Shown here one piece after another: positions 1 to 10,247 of a stretch of 64,000 nucleotides of DNA. This DNA comes from Phycisphaerales bacterium. GTDB taxonomy: Bacteria > Planctomycetota > Phycisphaerae > Phycisphaerales > UBA1924. Both the position numbers and the translations under genes were made by a program. Within the stretch, counting starts at the first letter, position 1; each line of letters begins with the position of its first letter. The notes under the pieces are model-generated. The model saw only the letters and a program-made list of their open reading frames with translations. It was not told the DNA's origin and searched no databases. Location: assembly GCA_965227775.1 (NCBI GenBank), contig OZ245777.1, positions 1,632,001-1,696,000 of the forward strand, written 5' to 3'.

Positions 1-1122
1 CGTGAGTCTGCGAAGGCGAATGCCGCGGCGATCCAAGCGTTCTTGAGTGCCGATCCACTCATCGCGCAGTATGCTCAGTGGCGTGCGCAGGACGATGGTG
101 ATCCTTCGTCCGAGCGGCTCTACGGCTTCGCGCAGATGCTGCTGCACGAGCAGCTCTCGACGCTCCGCTCGCGGGCCGAGTCCGCCGGTTGTGGGTTCTA
201 CCTCGATCTGCCGGTCGGTGTCGCCGCCGACGGCTTCGACGTGCATCGCAACCCCGACGCGTATGCGAAGGGCATCGCCGTGGGCGCGCCGCCGGACGCG
301 TACTTCCCCGAGGGCCAGGTCTGGGGCTTCCCGCCGATGCTGCCCGAGCATGCGCGGCTGAGCGGCCATGGCGAGCTCATCGAGGCAACGCGGCGCCACC
401 TGCGCTATGCCAGCACGCTGCGGCTTGATCATGTGATGGGCCTGTGGCGGCTGTATTGGGTGCCCGAAGGCCACGGTGCCGATGACGGCGTATACGTGCG
501 GTACGACGCCGCTGGCGCGCTGGACGTCCTTGCTGACTTGTCCCACGAGCACGAGGCGCTGTTCATCGGCGAGAACCTGGGCACGGTGCCGCCCGAGGTC
601 GACGCCGCCATGATCGAGCGCTACCTGCTGGGTATGACTGCCTCTCAATACGATGGCGGCGATCAGGCCGTCGCGCCCGGGGCGGCCAAGCCCGAGTTGA
701 TCGCAGCGCCCAACACCCACGACATGCCGACGTTCGCCGGCTACCTGGCCGGTCGCGACATCGACCTGCGTCACTCGCTCGGCTTGCTCGATGCCTCGGC
801 AGCGGCGTACGACATGCGGTTGCGCGCTGCGGCGGTGGAGCGCTTGCACCAGCAGTTCGAAGAGGCCGACGAAGCAGACCTGTTCGACGCGCTCGTTGAC
901 CGGCTCTGCAAGTCTCTGGCGCCCGTGGTCATGCTGGCGCTCGAAGACCTGTGGGGTGAGACCGAGCCGCAGAATATCCCCGGTGTGAGCGCGGGCTACC
1001 CGTGCTGGCGCAGGCCGATGCGTTGGACGCTGGAAGAACTGATCGCCGACGATAGCATCTCCGCCCGCCTGCGCGGGTGGGCGAGCCGCATCGGGCAGCG
1101 ATCGGGAGCCGGCGCTTCATGA
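1..1122 (+). CDS. malQ: 4-alpha-glucanotransferase (amylomaltase, GH77), 5'-truncated by window edge
   Basis: GH77 motifs DLPVG, GAPPDAY..GQVWG.PP, LRLDHVMGL.RLYWVP, IGENLG, NTHDMPT, QNIPG..YPCWR; frame open from base 1. Confidence 0.93.
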   Translation, partial: RESAKANAAAIQAFLSADPLIAQYAQWRAQDDGDPSSERLYGFAQMLLHEQLSTLRSRAESAGCGFYLDLPVGVAADGFDVHRNPDAYAKGIAVGAPPDAYFPEGQVWGFPPMLPEHARLSGHGELIEATRRHLRYASTLRLDHVMGLWRLYWVPEGHGADDGVYVRYDAAGALDVLADLSHEHEALFIGENLGTVPPEVDAAMIERYLLGMTASQYDGGDQAVAPGAAKPELIAAPNTHDMPTFAGYLAGRDIDLRHSLGLLDASAAAYDMRLRAAAVERLHQQFEEADEADLFDALVDRLCKSLAPVVMLALEDLWGETEPQNIPGVSAGYPCWRRPMRWTLEELIADDSISARLRGWASRIGQRSGAGAS

Positions 1123-3533
1123 AACCCTACGTGTGCATCCACGGCCACTTCTACCAGCCGCCGCGCGAGAATCCATGGCTCGAAGCGGTCGAAGTACAGG
1201 ACTCGGCCTACCCGTATCACGACTGGAACGAGCGGATCACCGCCGAGTGCTACCAGCCCAACGGCCAAGCGCGCATCCTCGACGCCGAGGGTTGGATCGA
1301 GCGCATCAACAACAACTACGCGCACATCAGCTTTAACTTCGGCCCCACGCTGCTCTCGTGGATGCAAGAGCACGCGCCCGAGGCGTACGAGGCCATCCTC
1401 GAAGCCGACCGCCAGAGCATCGAGCTCAACGGGGGGCACGGGTCGGCCATCGCCCAGGCGTACAACCACGTCATCATGCCACTCGCCAACGACCGCGACC
1501 GGCGCACCCAGGTCCTCTGGGGCATCAAGGACTTCGAGCATCGCTTCGGCCGACGGCCCGAGGGCATGTGGTTGCCCGAGACGGCGGCAAACCGGGCGAC
1601 GCTCGATGAGCTCGCGCGGCAGCGCATCGCCTTCACATTGCTGGCTCCGAGGCAGGCCCTGCGATACCGCAAGATCGGAAGCGACACGTGGATCTATGCC
1701 CGTGAGCACGGCATCGATCCACGCCGACCCTACCTCTGCCGGCTCGAGGACGGCAGGACCATCGCGCTGTTCTTCTACGACGGTCCGCTGTCGCAAGCTG
1801 TGGCGTTCGAGCGGTTGTTGGCTAATGGCGAGCAGTTCGCGAATCGGCTGCTGGGCGGCATCGACCCCGGCCGCGAAGAGGCGCAGCTTGTGCACATCGC
1901 CACCGACGGCGAGAGTTACGGCCACCATCATCCGTATGGCGATATGGCCCTCTCGTACGCCGTCCGTCGCATCATGGACGGCGGCGAGGCGACGCTGGTC
2001 AACTACGGCCGGTTCCTCGAGCTGCACCCGCCCGAGTGGGAGGCCGAGATCATCGACGATTCGTCGTGGAGCTGCGTGCACGGCATCGAGCGGTGGCGGA
2101 GTGATTGCGGTTGCCACTCGGGAGGCCGGCCGAACTGGAACCAGGCGTGGCGCAAGCCGCTGCGAGAATCGCTCGATTGGCTTCGTGATGAGATGGCCGA
2201 GCGGTTCGAGCGCGAGGCGAGCGGACTGCTCATCGATCCCTGGGCGGCGAGAGACGAATACATCAACGTCATCCTCGATCGCTCGCGCGAGAACGCGATC
2301 GAGTTCATCGAGCGGCACGCCGGCCCGCACGAGGGCCCGCTCGACTATACCCGCATCCTTCGCCTGCTCGAGCTGCAGCGAAACGCGATGCTCATGTACA
2401 CGAGCTGCGGGTGGTTCTTCGATGAGCTCACCGGTATCGAGACGGTGCAGATCCTGCAGTACGCCGGACGCGTTATCCAGATCGCAGAGGGCTTGTTCAA
2501 GGACTCGTTCGAGGATGCGTTTCTCGATCACCTGAGCAACGCCCGGAGCAATCTGCGAGAGCACGGCGATGGTCGGCAGGTGTACATGAACATGGTCCGG
2601 CCGGCTAAGGTCGACCTGCTCAAGATGGCCGAGCACTACGCGGTGATCTCACTGTTCGAGGACTGCGGCTACGAGACGAGTGTCTACTGCTATGACGTCC
2701 GCAGCGAGCTGTGCACCGATATGCACGCCGGCAGGACGCAGCTCCGCGTCGGGCGCGCGACGCTGACCTCGCGACTGACCCTGAACAGCCAGCAGGTGAC
2801 CTATGCGGTGCTGCACCTGGCCGACCACATCATCGCGGGCGGCGCTGGGGTGGGTGTCGAAGACGAACGGTTCGATGCGTTCGTGCAGGAGGCCAAGCAG
2901 GCGTTCGACCTGGCCCAGTATGGCAAGCTGCTGCGGCTGATCGAGCGCGACTTCGGCAGCTCGACGTTCTCGCTTGCCTCGCTCTTCAAGGACGAGCAGC
3001 GAAGGGTCGCCGAGCAGGTCCTGCAGGGCGCCCTCAATAGCGCTGAGGCGACATATCGTCGGATGTACGACGACCAGGCGCCGCTGCTGCACTTCCTGCA
3101 CGCTCTCAACATCCCGTCTCCGCGGGCGCTGTACTTCCCGGTCGAGCTTGTGCTGAATGCCGACCTCGTGCGGCTGCTCCGGGCCGAGCAGCCCGACGTC
3201 GCCCAGGCCCGGCAGATCCTCCAGCGGGCCCAGCAGGCGGGCGTGGACCTTGACCGGTCGACGCTCTCTTACGTGGCCGAGGCGGCACTCGCCAGGCAGG
3301 CCGAGAGGTTATTGGGCGATCCCGCCAATGCCGAGGCCCTCCAATCGCTGGGTGCCTTGGTCGAGATGACGCTGGCATCACCCTTCGAAGTCCGCCTGGA
3401 CGTCGCGCAAAACGCGATCTATCGCGTCTTGCAGGACGTCGATCGCACGCTGCACGCCGGTCGCGTCGCCGATTCGACGGCCTGGCAGGAGGAAGTCGGC
3501 CGCGTCGCTGGGCTGCTGAAGATCCGCTCATAA
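1119..3533 (+). CDS. GH57-family glycoside hydrolase with DUF3536-type C-terminus
   Basis: CIHGHFYQPPRENPW, GMWLPET, ATDGESYGHH, SWSCVHGIERW, MYTSCGWFFDE; ATGA overlap with malQ stop. Confidence 0.88.
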   Translation: MKPYVCIHGHFYQPPRENPWLEAVEVQDSAYPYHDWNERITAECYQPNGQARILDAEGWIERINNNYAHISFNFGPTLLSWMQEHAPEAYEAILEADRQSIELNGGHGSAIAQAYNHVIMPLANDRDRRTQVLWGIKDFEHRFGRRPEGMWLPETAANRATLDELARQRIAFTLLAPRQALRYRKIGSDTWIYAREHGIDPRRPYLCRLEDGRTIALFFYDGPLSQAVAFERLLANGEQFANRLLGGIDPGREEAQLVHIATDGESYGHHHPYGDMALSYAVRRIMDGGEATLVNYGRFLELHPPEWEAEIIDDSSWSCVHGIERWRSDCGCHSGGRPNWNQAWRKPLRESLDWLRDEMAERFEREASGLLIDPWAARDEYINVILDRSRENAIEFIERHAGPHEGPLDYTRILRLLELQRNAMLMYTSCGWFFDELTGIETVQILQYAGRVIQIAEGLFKDSFEDAFLDHLSNARSNLREHGDGRQVYMNMVRPAKVDLLKMAEHYAVISLFEDCGYETSVYCYDVRSELCTDMHAGRTQLRVGRATLTSRLTLNSQQVTYAVLHLADHIIAGGAGVGVEDERFDAFVQEAKQAFDLAQYGKLLRLIERDFGSSTFSLASLFKDEQRRVAEQVLQGALNSAEATYRRMYDDQAPLLHFLHALNIPSPRALYFPVELVLNADLVRLLRAEQPDVAQARQILQRAQQAGVDLDRSTLSYVAEAALARQAERLLGDPANAEALQSLGALVEMTLASPFEVRLDVAQNAIYRVLQDVDRTLHAGRVADSTAWQEEVGRVAGLLKIRS

Positions 3534-3554
3534 GGTCTTCTTAAAGCAACATTC

Positions 3555-4592
3555 ATGCAAATCGGCGCCCAGCGCCGGGGAAACGCGCGCGGGCGAGCCG
3601 AAGAATACGGCATGGAGGAACCAGCGCAGCCCGCAGACCACCAGTGCGAACCCGGAACGCTGCCCGAGGCCGACCCAGCCGAGGCGATCTGGACCGAGCC
3701 CGCCGTGGTGCGCGATGAGAAGACCGGTGCCGAGCGGCTCGATCTGCGGTACCGCACGATCTTTCTGAGCGACCTGCACCTGGGAAGCAACGGGTGCCAG
3801 GCCAAGGAACTCAGCGCCTTCCTGAAGAGCGTGCGTTGCGACACGCTCTATCTGGTTGGCGACGTGATCGACATGTGGCGCCTCAAGAGCAAGTGGTACT
3901 GGCCGGGCAAGCACAACCGCGTTATCAGTCGCATCCTCAAGATGGCGCGCAAGGGCACGCGCGTCGTCTACATCCCCGGAAACCATGACGAGGGCGCGCG
4001 GCAGTACGCGGGATTGAGCTTTGGCGGTGTTGAGCTGGTGCTCGATGCCGAGCACGTGACCGCCGACGGCCGACGCTTGTTTATCAGCCACGGCGACCAA
4101 TTCGACATGGTGGTCAAGCACGCCAGGGCGCTCTCGATGCTCGGCTCGGCCAGCTACGAATTGCTGCTGCGGATCAACCGCCAGTACAACCGCGTCCGCC
4201 GGCTCTTCGGGCTCAACTACTGGAGCCTTAGCCAGTTCCTGAAGCTCAAGGTCAAGAGCGCGTGCACGTACATCAGCCGCTTCGAGGAAGCGCTCGTTGA
4301 GGAGGCCAAGGGCAAGGGCTTCGACGGCGTGGTGTGCGGCCACATCCACAAAGCCGAGATCAGGCCCGACGAGACCCACAAGGGCATGATGTACTACAAC
4401 TGCGGCGACTGGGTCGAGAGCTGCACCGCCCTGGTCGAAGACTTCGACGGCTCGATCCGCCTGCTGGACGGAAAGGCCGTGGTCGAACGGCTGCGGCAGT
4501 ACGGCCAGCTCTCGGGCGGCAAGAAGTCCCGCCGCACGAAGCGTCGCGTGCTGCCCAGTTCTCTGCGGCCGTCCGAGATCGAGGTCAGCTGA
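3555..4592 (+). CDS. Calcineurin-like metallophosphoesterase (UDP-2,3-diacylglucosamine diphosphatase-like)
   Basis: SDLHLG, LVGDVID, PGNHDE, HGDQFD, CGHIH, NCGDWVE motifs; start could be 3612. Confidence 0.85.
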   Translation: MQIGAQRRGNARGRAEEYGMEEPAQPADHQCEPGTLPEADPAEAIWTEPAVVRDEKTGAERLDLRYRTIFLSDLHLGSNGCQAKELSAFLKSVRCDTLYLVGDVIDMWRLKSKWYWPGKHNRVISRILKMARKGTRVVYIPGNHDEGARQYAGLSFGGVELVLDAEHVTADGRRLFISHGDQFDMVVKHARALSMLGSASYELLLRINRQYNRVRRLFGLNYWSLSQFLKLKVKSACTYISRFEEALVEEAKGKGFDGVVCGHIHKAEIRPDETHKGMMYYNCGDWVESCTALVEDFDGSIRLLDGKAVVERLRQYGQLSGGKKSRRTKRRVLPSSLRPSEIEVS

Positions 4593-4613
4593 TCCCGGTA
4601 TCTACCCTTGGCC

Positions 4614-5249
4614 ATGGCCGGGGGCATCCGCATCGAGTGGACTAGTGAGCGCAGCTTGCGGGTGGTCGGCGTTTCATCGGAACCTAGTGCGGTTGACGTT
4701 CTGGCGAGCCTCCAAGGCGTCCGAGACGCAGTGCCGGCGGAGGGCGCGATCTACGTGCAGGTTGATCCGCTGGCTGGCATCACGCCATCGATCATCTCCA
4801 AGGCGCTCGAAGCCAAAAGCGCTCGTGGGTCGATCCAGCCTCGCGTGCACGAGATCCCCGTGTGCTATGGCGGCCAGCATGGGCCCGACCTTGATGATGT
4901 TGCCCGCCAAGCCGGGATGGCCGAGCGTGAGGTAGTTGAGCTGCACGCGTCGGCCGAATTCACGGTGAAGTTCCTCGGTTTCGCGCCAGGCTTCGGCTAC
5001 CTCGGCGGACTCCCCGATCGACTGCAGGTACCCAGGCTGGCTTCGCCGCGGATGCGGGTGGAAGCAGGCAGCGTTGGAATAGCCGGGCCGTACTCGGGCG
5101 TGTACGGGCTGGCTGGTCCGGGAGGCTGGCGGATCATCGGGCGCACAAGGACGGTCATGTTCGGCGTGGAACGCGACGATCCCGCGCTCTTGCGCGCAGG
5201 TGACGTCGTGCGCTTCAGGCCCATCTCGGCCCAGGAGTTCGGCGCGTGA
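4614..5249 (+). CDS. pxpB: 5-oxoprolinase subunit B (KipI / allophanate hydrolase subunit 1 family)
   Basis: [39 protein letters not shown]. Confidence 0.88.
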   Translation: MAGGIRIEWTSERSLRVVGVSSEPSAVDVLASLQGVRDAVPAEGAIYVQVDPLAGITPSIISKALEAKSARGSIQPRVHEIPVCYGGQHGPDLDDVARQAGMAEREVVELHASAEFTVKFLGFAPGFGYLGGLPDRLQVPRLASPRMRVEAGSVGIAGPYSGVYGLAGPGGWRIIGRTRTVMFGVERDDPALLRAGDVVRFRPISAQEFGA

Positions 5250-6124
5250 GCCTGAGCGTCGTGCGAGTCCAGGGTCGGGCGACCGTGCAGGACCTGGGGC
5301 GTCCGGGCCAGGCGCACATCGGTGTCCCGGTTGGTGGCGCTGCCGATACCCTCTCGCTTCGCGTTGCCAATCGTGTTGTTGGCAACCCCGAGAGTGCGGC
5401 GGGGCTCGAAGTCTGCATGGGTGAGATCGAGCTGCGAGCCGATTCGCCGTGCACAGTGGTCGTGGGGGCCGGTCGGAATTCGTACCAGACGCTTTCGTTG
5501 GCGAGCGGTCAGGCCTTCTCCGTTCGGCCCGACGCCGGTCTTGCGCGCGCGTGCGTTGCCGTCGCGGGTGGCATTGACGTGCCCGAGGTGCTGGGTTCGC
5601 GGTCGACGTTCGAGGCCGCCGGCTTCGGGGGGTACACGGGCCGTGCTCTCAACGCCGGCGACGAGCTACTCGTTGGTGACGAGTGCGGCGAGCAACGGGA
5701 CATACCGGTCTCCATTCGCGCGATGGTGGACTTCGCGTTGCGACGCCGTGTGCTTCGGATCGTGTCCGATGGGGCCGAGTTCGAAGTGCCGCCGGGGCTG
5801 CTGCGCGTTTCTCCGAACGGAGATCGCATAGGCATGCGTCTCGCTCGTTGGGACGACGGCGCCTCGATCGCGACGGGCCCAAGCCGGGGCGTGCTGTATG
5901 GCACGATCCAGATGCCGTCGTCGGGCGAAATCGTCGTGCTCGGACCCGATGGACCGACGACCGGCGGCTACGCGACCGTGGGCACAGTCATCGCCGCCGA
6001 TCTTCCTGCGGTCGGGCAGCTCGTGCCCTGGCAGTGGGTGGGCTTCGAGGTGATCGATCGTGCGGAGGCGGTTGCCGTCCTGTCGGCTCGGGAAGAGGCG
6101 CTCTGGCGGTGGATCGCCTCGTAG
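5246..6124 (+). CDS. pxpC: 5-oxoprolinase subunit C (KipA family)
   Basis: [45 protein letters not shown] overlap with pxpB. Confidence 0.88.
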   Translation: MSLSVVRVQGRATVQDLGRPGQAHIGVPVGGAADTLSLRVANRVVGNPESAAGLEVCMGEIELRADSPCTVVVGAGRNSYQTLSLASGQAFSVRPDAGLARACVAVAGGIDVPEVLGSRSTFEAAGFGGYTGRALNAGDELLVGDECGEQRDIPVSIRAMVDFALRRRVLRIVSDGAEFEVPPGLLRVSPNGDRIGMRLARWDDGASIATGPSRGVLYGTIQMPSSGEIVVLGPDGPTTGGYATVGTVIAADLPAVGQLVPWQWVGFEVIDRAEAVAVLSAREEALWRWIAS

Positions 6125-6132
6125 ACTGCGTC

Positions 6133-6891
6133 ATGAGCGAGGCAAGCCTGCTCGGCCCCGCGATTGATCTGAACGCCGATGCTGGCGAGCGTGACGACCT
6201 GCTTCCGAGCGATCTCGCGCTGCTGGACCTGGTGTCGTCGGTCAACATCGCGTGCGGTGGGCATGCCGGCAGCCATGAGCTGATGAGAGCGATCGTGAAG
6301 CGCGCCGCCGATCGCGGCGTGTCGATCGGTGCCCACCCCGGGTACGCCGACCCCGAGAACTTTGGGCGGATCGAGTTGGGCGTTGGTTCTGAAGAGATCT
6401 ACGCGTTGTGCCGTGCGCAGGTCTCCGAGCTCGCGCGGGTCGCGGCGGCCGATGGGCTGACGTTGGCCCACGCCAAGCCGCACGGTGCGCTCTATCACCG
6501 GGCGATGGCGGACGCCGATGTCGCCGAGGCCGTGGCTCGCGGGTGCCTCGATGCGGTGGCCGAGATTACGGGCGACCCGTTCGCATCGCTGGCGTTCTTC
6601 GGGCTGCCCGAATCGGCCGGAGCCGCCCGCTGGAGCGAGATGGACCTTCCCGTGCGACGTGAGGGATTTGCCGATCGCCAGTACGCGGCCGATGGCTCGA
6701 TGCTGCCGCGCACCGAGTCGGGTGCGGTGCTGGCCAATCCCCAGGAAGCGGCATTGCAGGGCCTGCAGCTGGCCTGCAGCGGGCGTTTCGAGACACTATG
6801 TGTGCACGGCGATACGCCCGGCGCGCTGCGGATCGCCCATGCGGTTCGGTCGGCGCTCCTCGAGGGCGGGGTGCGGATCGTGCCGGTGTAG
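6133..6891 (+). CDS. pxpA: 5-oxoprolinase subunit A (LamB/YcsF family)
   Basis: IDLNADAGE, NIACGGHAG, GAHPGY.D..NFGR, KPHGALY, EGFADR.Y, TLCVHGD. Confidence 0.9.
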   Translation: MSEASLLGPAIDLNADAGERDDLLPSDLALLDLVSSVNIACGGHAGSHELMRAIVKRAADRGVSIGAHPGYADPENFGRIELGVGSEEIYALCRAQVSELARVAAADGLTLAHAKPHGALYHRAMADADVAEAVARGCLDAVAEITGDPFASLAFFGLPESAGAARWSEMDLPVRREGFADRQYAADGSMLPRTESGAVLANPQEAALQGLQLACSGRFETLCVHGDTPGALRIAHAVRSALLEGGVRIVPV

Positions 6892-6904
6892 TCGAGCGAC
6901 CGGC

Positions 6905-6932
6905 TTGACAGGCAATCAACCGCGGCTATCTT
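6905..6932 (+). promoter_or_regulatory. Sigma70-type promoter of his leader/operon
   Basis: TTGACA (6905-6910), 16-nt spacer, TATCTT (6927-6932), 8 nt before leader ATG. Confidence 0.7.
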
Positions 6933-6940
6933 CTTCCGAC

Positions 6941-7006
6941 ATGATCGCATTGTCTTTCCATCACCACCATGCCCATCTGCCGCACCCGCGAGGGAGCCGG
7001 ATGTGA
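6941..7006 (+). CDS. hisL: his operon leader peptide MIALSFHHHHAHLPHPRGSRM
   Basis: 21-codon ORF with 6 His codons (4 consecutive) between promoter and terminator, directly upstream of hisG. Confidence 0.85.
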   Translation: MIALSFHHHHAHLPHPRGSRM

Positions 7007-7040
7007 GCGTGGCCTGATGGACTTTTGATCCGAAGGACGC

Positions 7041-7068
7041 AAACGCCGGCCCCGAGCCGGCGTTTTTC
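7041..7068 (+). terminator. Attenuator terminator of his leader
   Basis: AAACGCCGGC-CCCGA-GCCGGCGTTT perfect 10-bp stem followed by T-run. Confidence 0.85.
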
Positions 7069-7128
7069 GTGCACGGGCGAAGGCCACGTGCAAGAAGCGT
7101 CGGCCGGGGCCAAGCCTGGAGCCGACCG

Positions 7129-8016
7129 ATGACCGTCATGCAAAAAGCCGTCGCGACCGCGACGACGATCAAGCTCGCGATACCGAAGGGACGGATGTTC
7201 GAGGGCGTGCGCCGGCTGCTGGCCGACGGCGGCTTAGATATCTCTGCCACGGAACGCGGGTACCGACCTTCGATCTCGTTGCCAGGGTTCGGCGTGAAGC
7301 TCTTGAAGCCGCGCGCCATCGTGGAGATGCTGGCGGCCGGAAGCCGCGATGTCGGCTTCGCCGGCGCCGATTGGGTGCGTGAGACTGGCGCCGGCCTGGT
7401 TGAGATCGTGGACACGGGGCTCGATCGAGTCAGACTCGTCGCCGCGGCGCCCGTCGAGTTGCTCGAAGACGGGCGGCTTCCCGATCGGCCGCTTGTCGTC
7501 GCATCCGAATACGAGCAGATCGCCCAAGCGTGGATCGGGCAGCGCGGGCTCGATGCGACGCTGCTCCGCTCGTACGGAGCGACAGAGGTGCTGCCGCCCG
7601 AGGACGCCGACTGCATTATCGACAACACCGCGACCGGCGCGACACTGGCGGCCAACGGGCTGGTGATCATCGATGAGCTCATGACCTCTTCGACGCGGCT
7701 CTACGCGTCTCGATCGGCCATGAGCGACCCCACCAAGCGAGCACAGATCGACCGTGTCGGCCTGATCGTTCGGTCGGTGCTCGAGGCGCGGCGGCGGGTG
7801 ATGATCGAGATCAACGTGCCGGCGGATTGTCTCGATGCGGTCGTGGGCGTGTTGCCCTGCATGCGCGAGCCGACGGTTTCGGCTTTGCGGTCGCAGTCGG
7901 GCTTTGCGGTGAAGGCGGCGGTGCGACGGGAGGAACTGGCCGAGGTCGTGCCGCTCGTGAAGCAGTTGGGTGGGACGGACATCGTGGTGACCCGGCCGGA
8001 GCAGATCGTGCCATGA
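7129..8016 (+). CDS. hisG: ATP phosphoribosyltransferase, long form
   Basis: KLAIPKGR, DVGFAG.DW..E, YGATE..PP..AD.I.D...TG.TL.AN.L, C-terminal regulatory domain (PTVS.L, GGTDI). Confidence 0.93.
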   Translation: MTVMQKAVATATTIKLAIPKGRMFEGVRRLLADGGLDISATERGYRPSISLPGFGVKLLKPRAIVEMLAAGSRDVGFAGADWVRETGAGLVEIVDTGLDRVRLVAAAPVELLEDGRLPDRPLVVASEYEQIAQAWIGQRGLDATLLRSYGATEVLPPEDADCIIDNTATGATLAANGLVIIDELMTSSTRLYASRSAMSDPTKRAQIDRVGLIVRSVLEARRRVMIEINVPADCLDAVVGVLPCMREPTVSALRSQSGFAVKAAVRREELAEVVPLVKQLGGTDIVVTRPEQIVP

Positions 8017-9065
8017 GTGCCACGACGAGAGACATTGAGCTTCAACCGACCGCGCGGCTTGCGGGGCTTCGGCCGTATGGCACCGGGAGCGTTCGGGCTG
8101 AGGGCGCCCTGTTGCTGGACGCCAACGAGGGTCCGTTGGCTCCGCAGGCGTGGTTGGACCGACTGCGGGCGGTCGACGACGAAGCGCTGCGGCGGTATCC
8201 GAAGGCCGGTTCGCTCGAAGCCGCGATCGCAAGACGCCTGGGCGTGGCGTCGACGCGTGTGGTTGTAACGGCGGGTGGTGACGACGCGATCGATCGGGTA
8301 AGCCGAGTGTCGCTTGAGCCGGGGCGATCGTTCGTCGTGCACACACCGACGTTTGAGATGATCACTCGAGGGGCTTTGCTTGCTGGTGGCGATGTTCGGA
8401 GCGTGCCGTGGATGGGTGGTTGCTTTCCCATCGATGAATTCGAAGCCGCGGTTTCTGCTGACACAGGCCTCGTGGCGATCGTCTCACCCAACAACCCCAC
8501 GGGTGGCGTTGTCGCGATTGAGGAGATCGAGCGTGCGTGCGGTGCTGCGCAAGCGGCGGGAGCACTCGTGCTGGTGGATCTGGCATACATCGAGTACGCG
8601 GATGAGGATCCGACGCAGCGATTGCTGGAGTTTGACAACGTCGTAATGGTCCGGACGTTCTCTAAGGCGTTCGGCCTTGCGGGCCTGCGGGTCGGCTACG
8701 CGATCGCCAGCGAGCGGGTGGCCGGATGGTTGAGGACGGTTGGTGGTCCGTACCCGGTGTCGGCACTCGGGCTGGCGATGGCGGGGGTGGCTTGGGAAGC
8801 CGGGGTCGATGCAACATACCTGGATCGCGTTCGACGCGAGCGGCAGCGGCTCCAGTCGTGGCTGCGGGAGCGCGGCGTGGAGGTGTTGGATTCCCAGGCG
8901 AACTTCGTGATGGCGCGCCTTGATGCGGTCACGCTCGTGGAGCGGGGCGTCGTGGTCCGAGCCTTCGCCGGAAAACTCGCGGGCTGGTCGCGGATCACGC
9001 TGCCCGGCGACGACGCGGCGTTCCTTCGACTGATGGCTGCGCTCGAGGAGGTGTCCGATGGGTGA
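8013..9065 (+). CDS. hisC: Histidinol-phosphate aminotransferase
   Basis: LDANEG, SPNNPTG, D.AY.EY, RTFSKAFGLAGLRVGY. Confidence 0.93.
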   Translation: MSATTRDIELQPTARLAGLRPYGTGSVRAEGALLLDANEGPLAPQAWLDRLRAVDDEALRRYPKAGSLEAAIARRLGVASTRVVVTAGGDDAIDRVSRVSLEPGRSFVVHTPTFEMITRGALLAGGDVRSVPWMGGCFPIDEFEAAVSADTGLVAIVSPNNPTGGVVAIEEIERACGAAQAAGALVLVDLAYIEYADEDPTQRLLEFDNVVMVRTFSKAFGLAGLRVGYAIASERVAGWLRTVGGPYPVSALGLAMAGVAWEAGVDATYLDRVRRERQRLQSWLRERGVEVLDSQANFVMARLDAVTLVERGVVVRAFAGKLAGWSRITLPGDDAAFLRLMAALEEVSDG

Positions 9066-9648
9066 GCGAAGGGCGAGCCTCCGACGCGAGACCCGCGAGA
9101 CCCGCATCGAGGCATCGATCAACCTCGATGGAACCGGCGTTGCGAAGATTGGGACGGGGATCGGTTTTCTTGACCACATGCTCGGCGCGGTGGCGCTTCA
9201 TGGACGGGTTGATCTCGAGCTCGCATGCCAGGGAGACCTTAAGGTCGATGATCACCACACGGTGGAAGACGTCGCGTTGGTCGTTGGCCAACTCGTCGAC
9301 ACGGCCCTAGGTGATCGTGTTGGCATCGTTCGCTTTGCATACGCGTACGCGCCGCTCGATGAGGCGCTGGCACGCGTCGTGCTCGATTTCTCTGGCCGGG
9401 CCTCGGCGTCGATTGATCTTGGTCTGAAGCGCGAGATGCTTGGCGGCGTGGCGTGCGAGAACCTGGCGCACTGGTTCGTGTCGTTCGCCTCAACAGCGCG
9501 GTGCGCGCTGCACGTCGATGTGCTGCGAGGCGAGAACGATCATCACAAGGCCGAGGCGGCATTCAAGGCGTTCGCGCTGGCCCTGCGTTCGGCGGTCGCG
9601 ATCGATCCTCGGCCGGCGGGTGTGCCGTCCACGAAGGGGGTGCTGTGA
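9058..9648 (+). CDS. hisB: Imidazoleglycerol-phosphate dehydratase (monofunctional)
   Basis: RETRET.I, TGIGFLDHML, DDHHTVED, PLDEAL, NDHHKAEA.FKA, PSTKGVL. Confidence 0.96.
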   Translation: MGERRASLRRETRETRIEASINLDGTGVAKIGTGIGFLDHMLGAVALHGRVDLELACQGDLKVDDHHTVEDVALVVGQLVDTALGDRVGIVRFAYAYAPLDEALARVVLDFSGRASASIDLGLKREMLGGVACENLAHWFVSFASTARCALHVDVLRGENDHHKAEAAFKAFALALRSAVAIDPRPAGVPSTKGVL

Positions 9649-10247
9649 TGGTCGCAGTCGTGCAAACGGGCGTGGCAAACACGGCGTCGGTCGCGGCGGC
9701 CCTCGAGCGGTGTGGCGTGCGTGTTTCGAAGGCACAAACAGCACGGGACGTGCAGCGTGCCGCGTTCCTGGTGCTGCCCGGCGTGGGCTCGTTTGACGCG
9801 GGGATGGAAGCGTTGCAAAGTGCCGGGCTCGTTGATTCGTTGCGGGCTCGGATCGATGCGGGCAGGCCCACGCTGGCGATCTGCCTGGGCATGCAGTTGC
9901 TGTGCGGGTCTTCGGAGGAGTCCCCGGGCGTCGAAGGCCTCGGCGTCGTCGACGCGCGCGTGGAGGCGCTCTCCGAGCCGGTCAGACCATGCTTCGGCTG
10001 GAATCGGGTCGTGCCGGATGCCGGCTGTGAGACCATCGACGACGGTCATGCGTACTACGCCAACTCGTTCGGCGTGCGCGATCGGCCTGCGGGTTGGAGC
10101 TGTGCGGTGTCTGAGCTTGAGCGACCGTTCCTCGGCGCGATGCAACGCGGTTCTGTCCTGGCTTGCCAGTTTCACCCGGAGTTGTCGGGGCCGTGGGGGC
10201 TCGGGCTCTTGCGGCGATGGATGCAGGCGGAGGTTGCGGCATGCTGA
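9648..10247 (+). CDS. hisH: Imidazole glycerol phosphate synthase glutaminase subunit
   Basis: LVLPGVGSF, ICLGMQLL, GWN.V, QFHPE.SG. Confidence 0.93.
   Translation: MVAVVQTGVANTASVAAALERCGVRVSKAQTARDVQRAAFLVLPGVGSFDAGMEALQSAGLVDSLRARIDAGRPTLAICLGMQLLCGSSEESPGVEGLGVVDARVEALSEPVRPCFGWNRVVPDAGCETIDDGHAYYANSFGVRDRPAGWSCAVSELERPFLGAMQRGSVLACQFHPELSGPWGLGLLRRWMQAEVAAC

Noticed and set aside
996..2636. Long antisense ORFs (also 28427-30142, 49824-51602, 59559-61763, 53269-54756)
   Set aside because: Each lies opposite a clearly recognisable gene; expected in high-GC DNA with few stop codons
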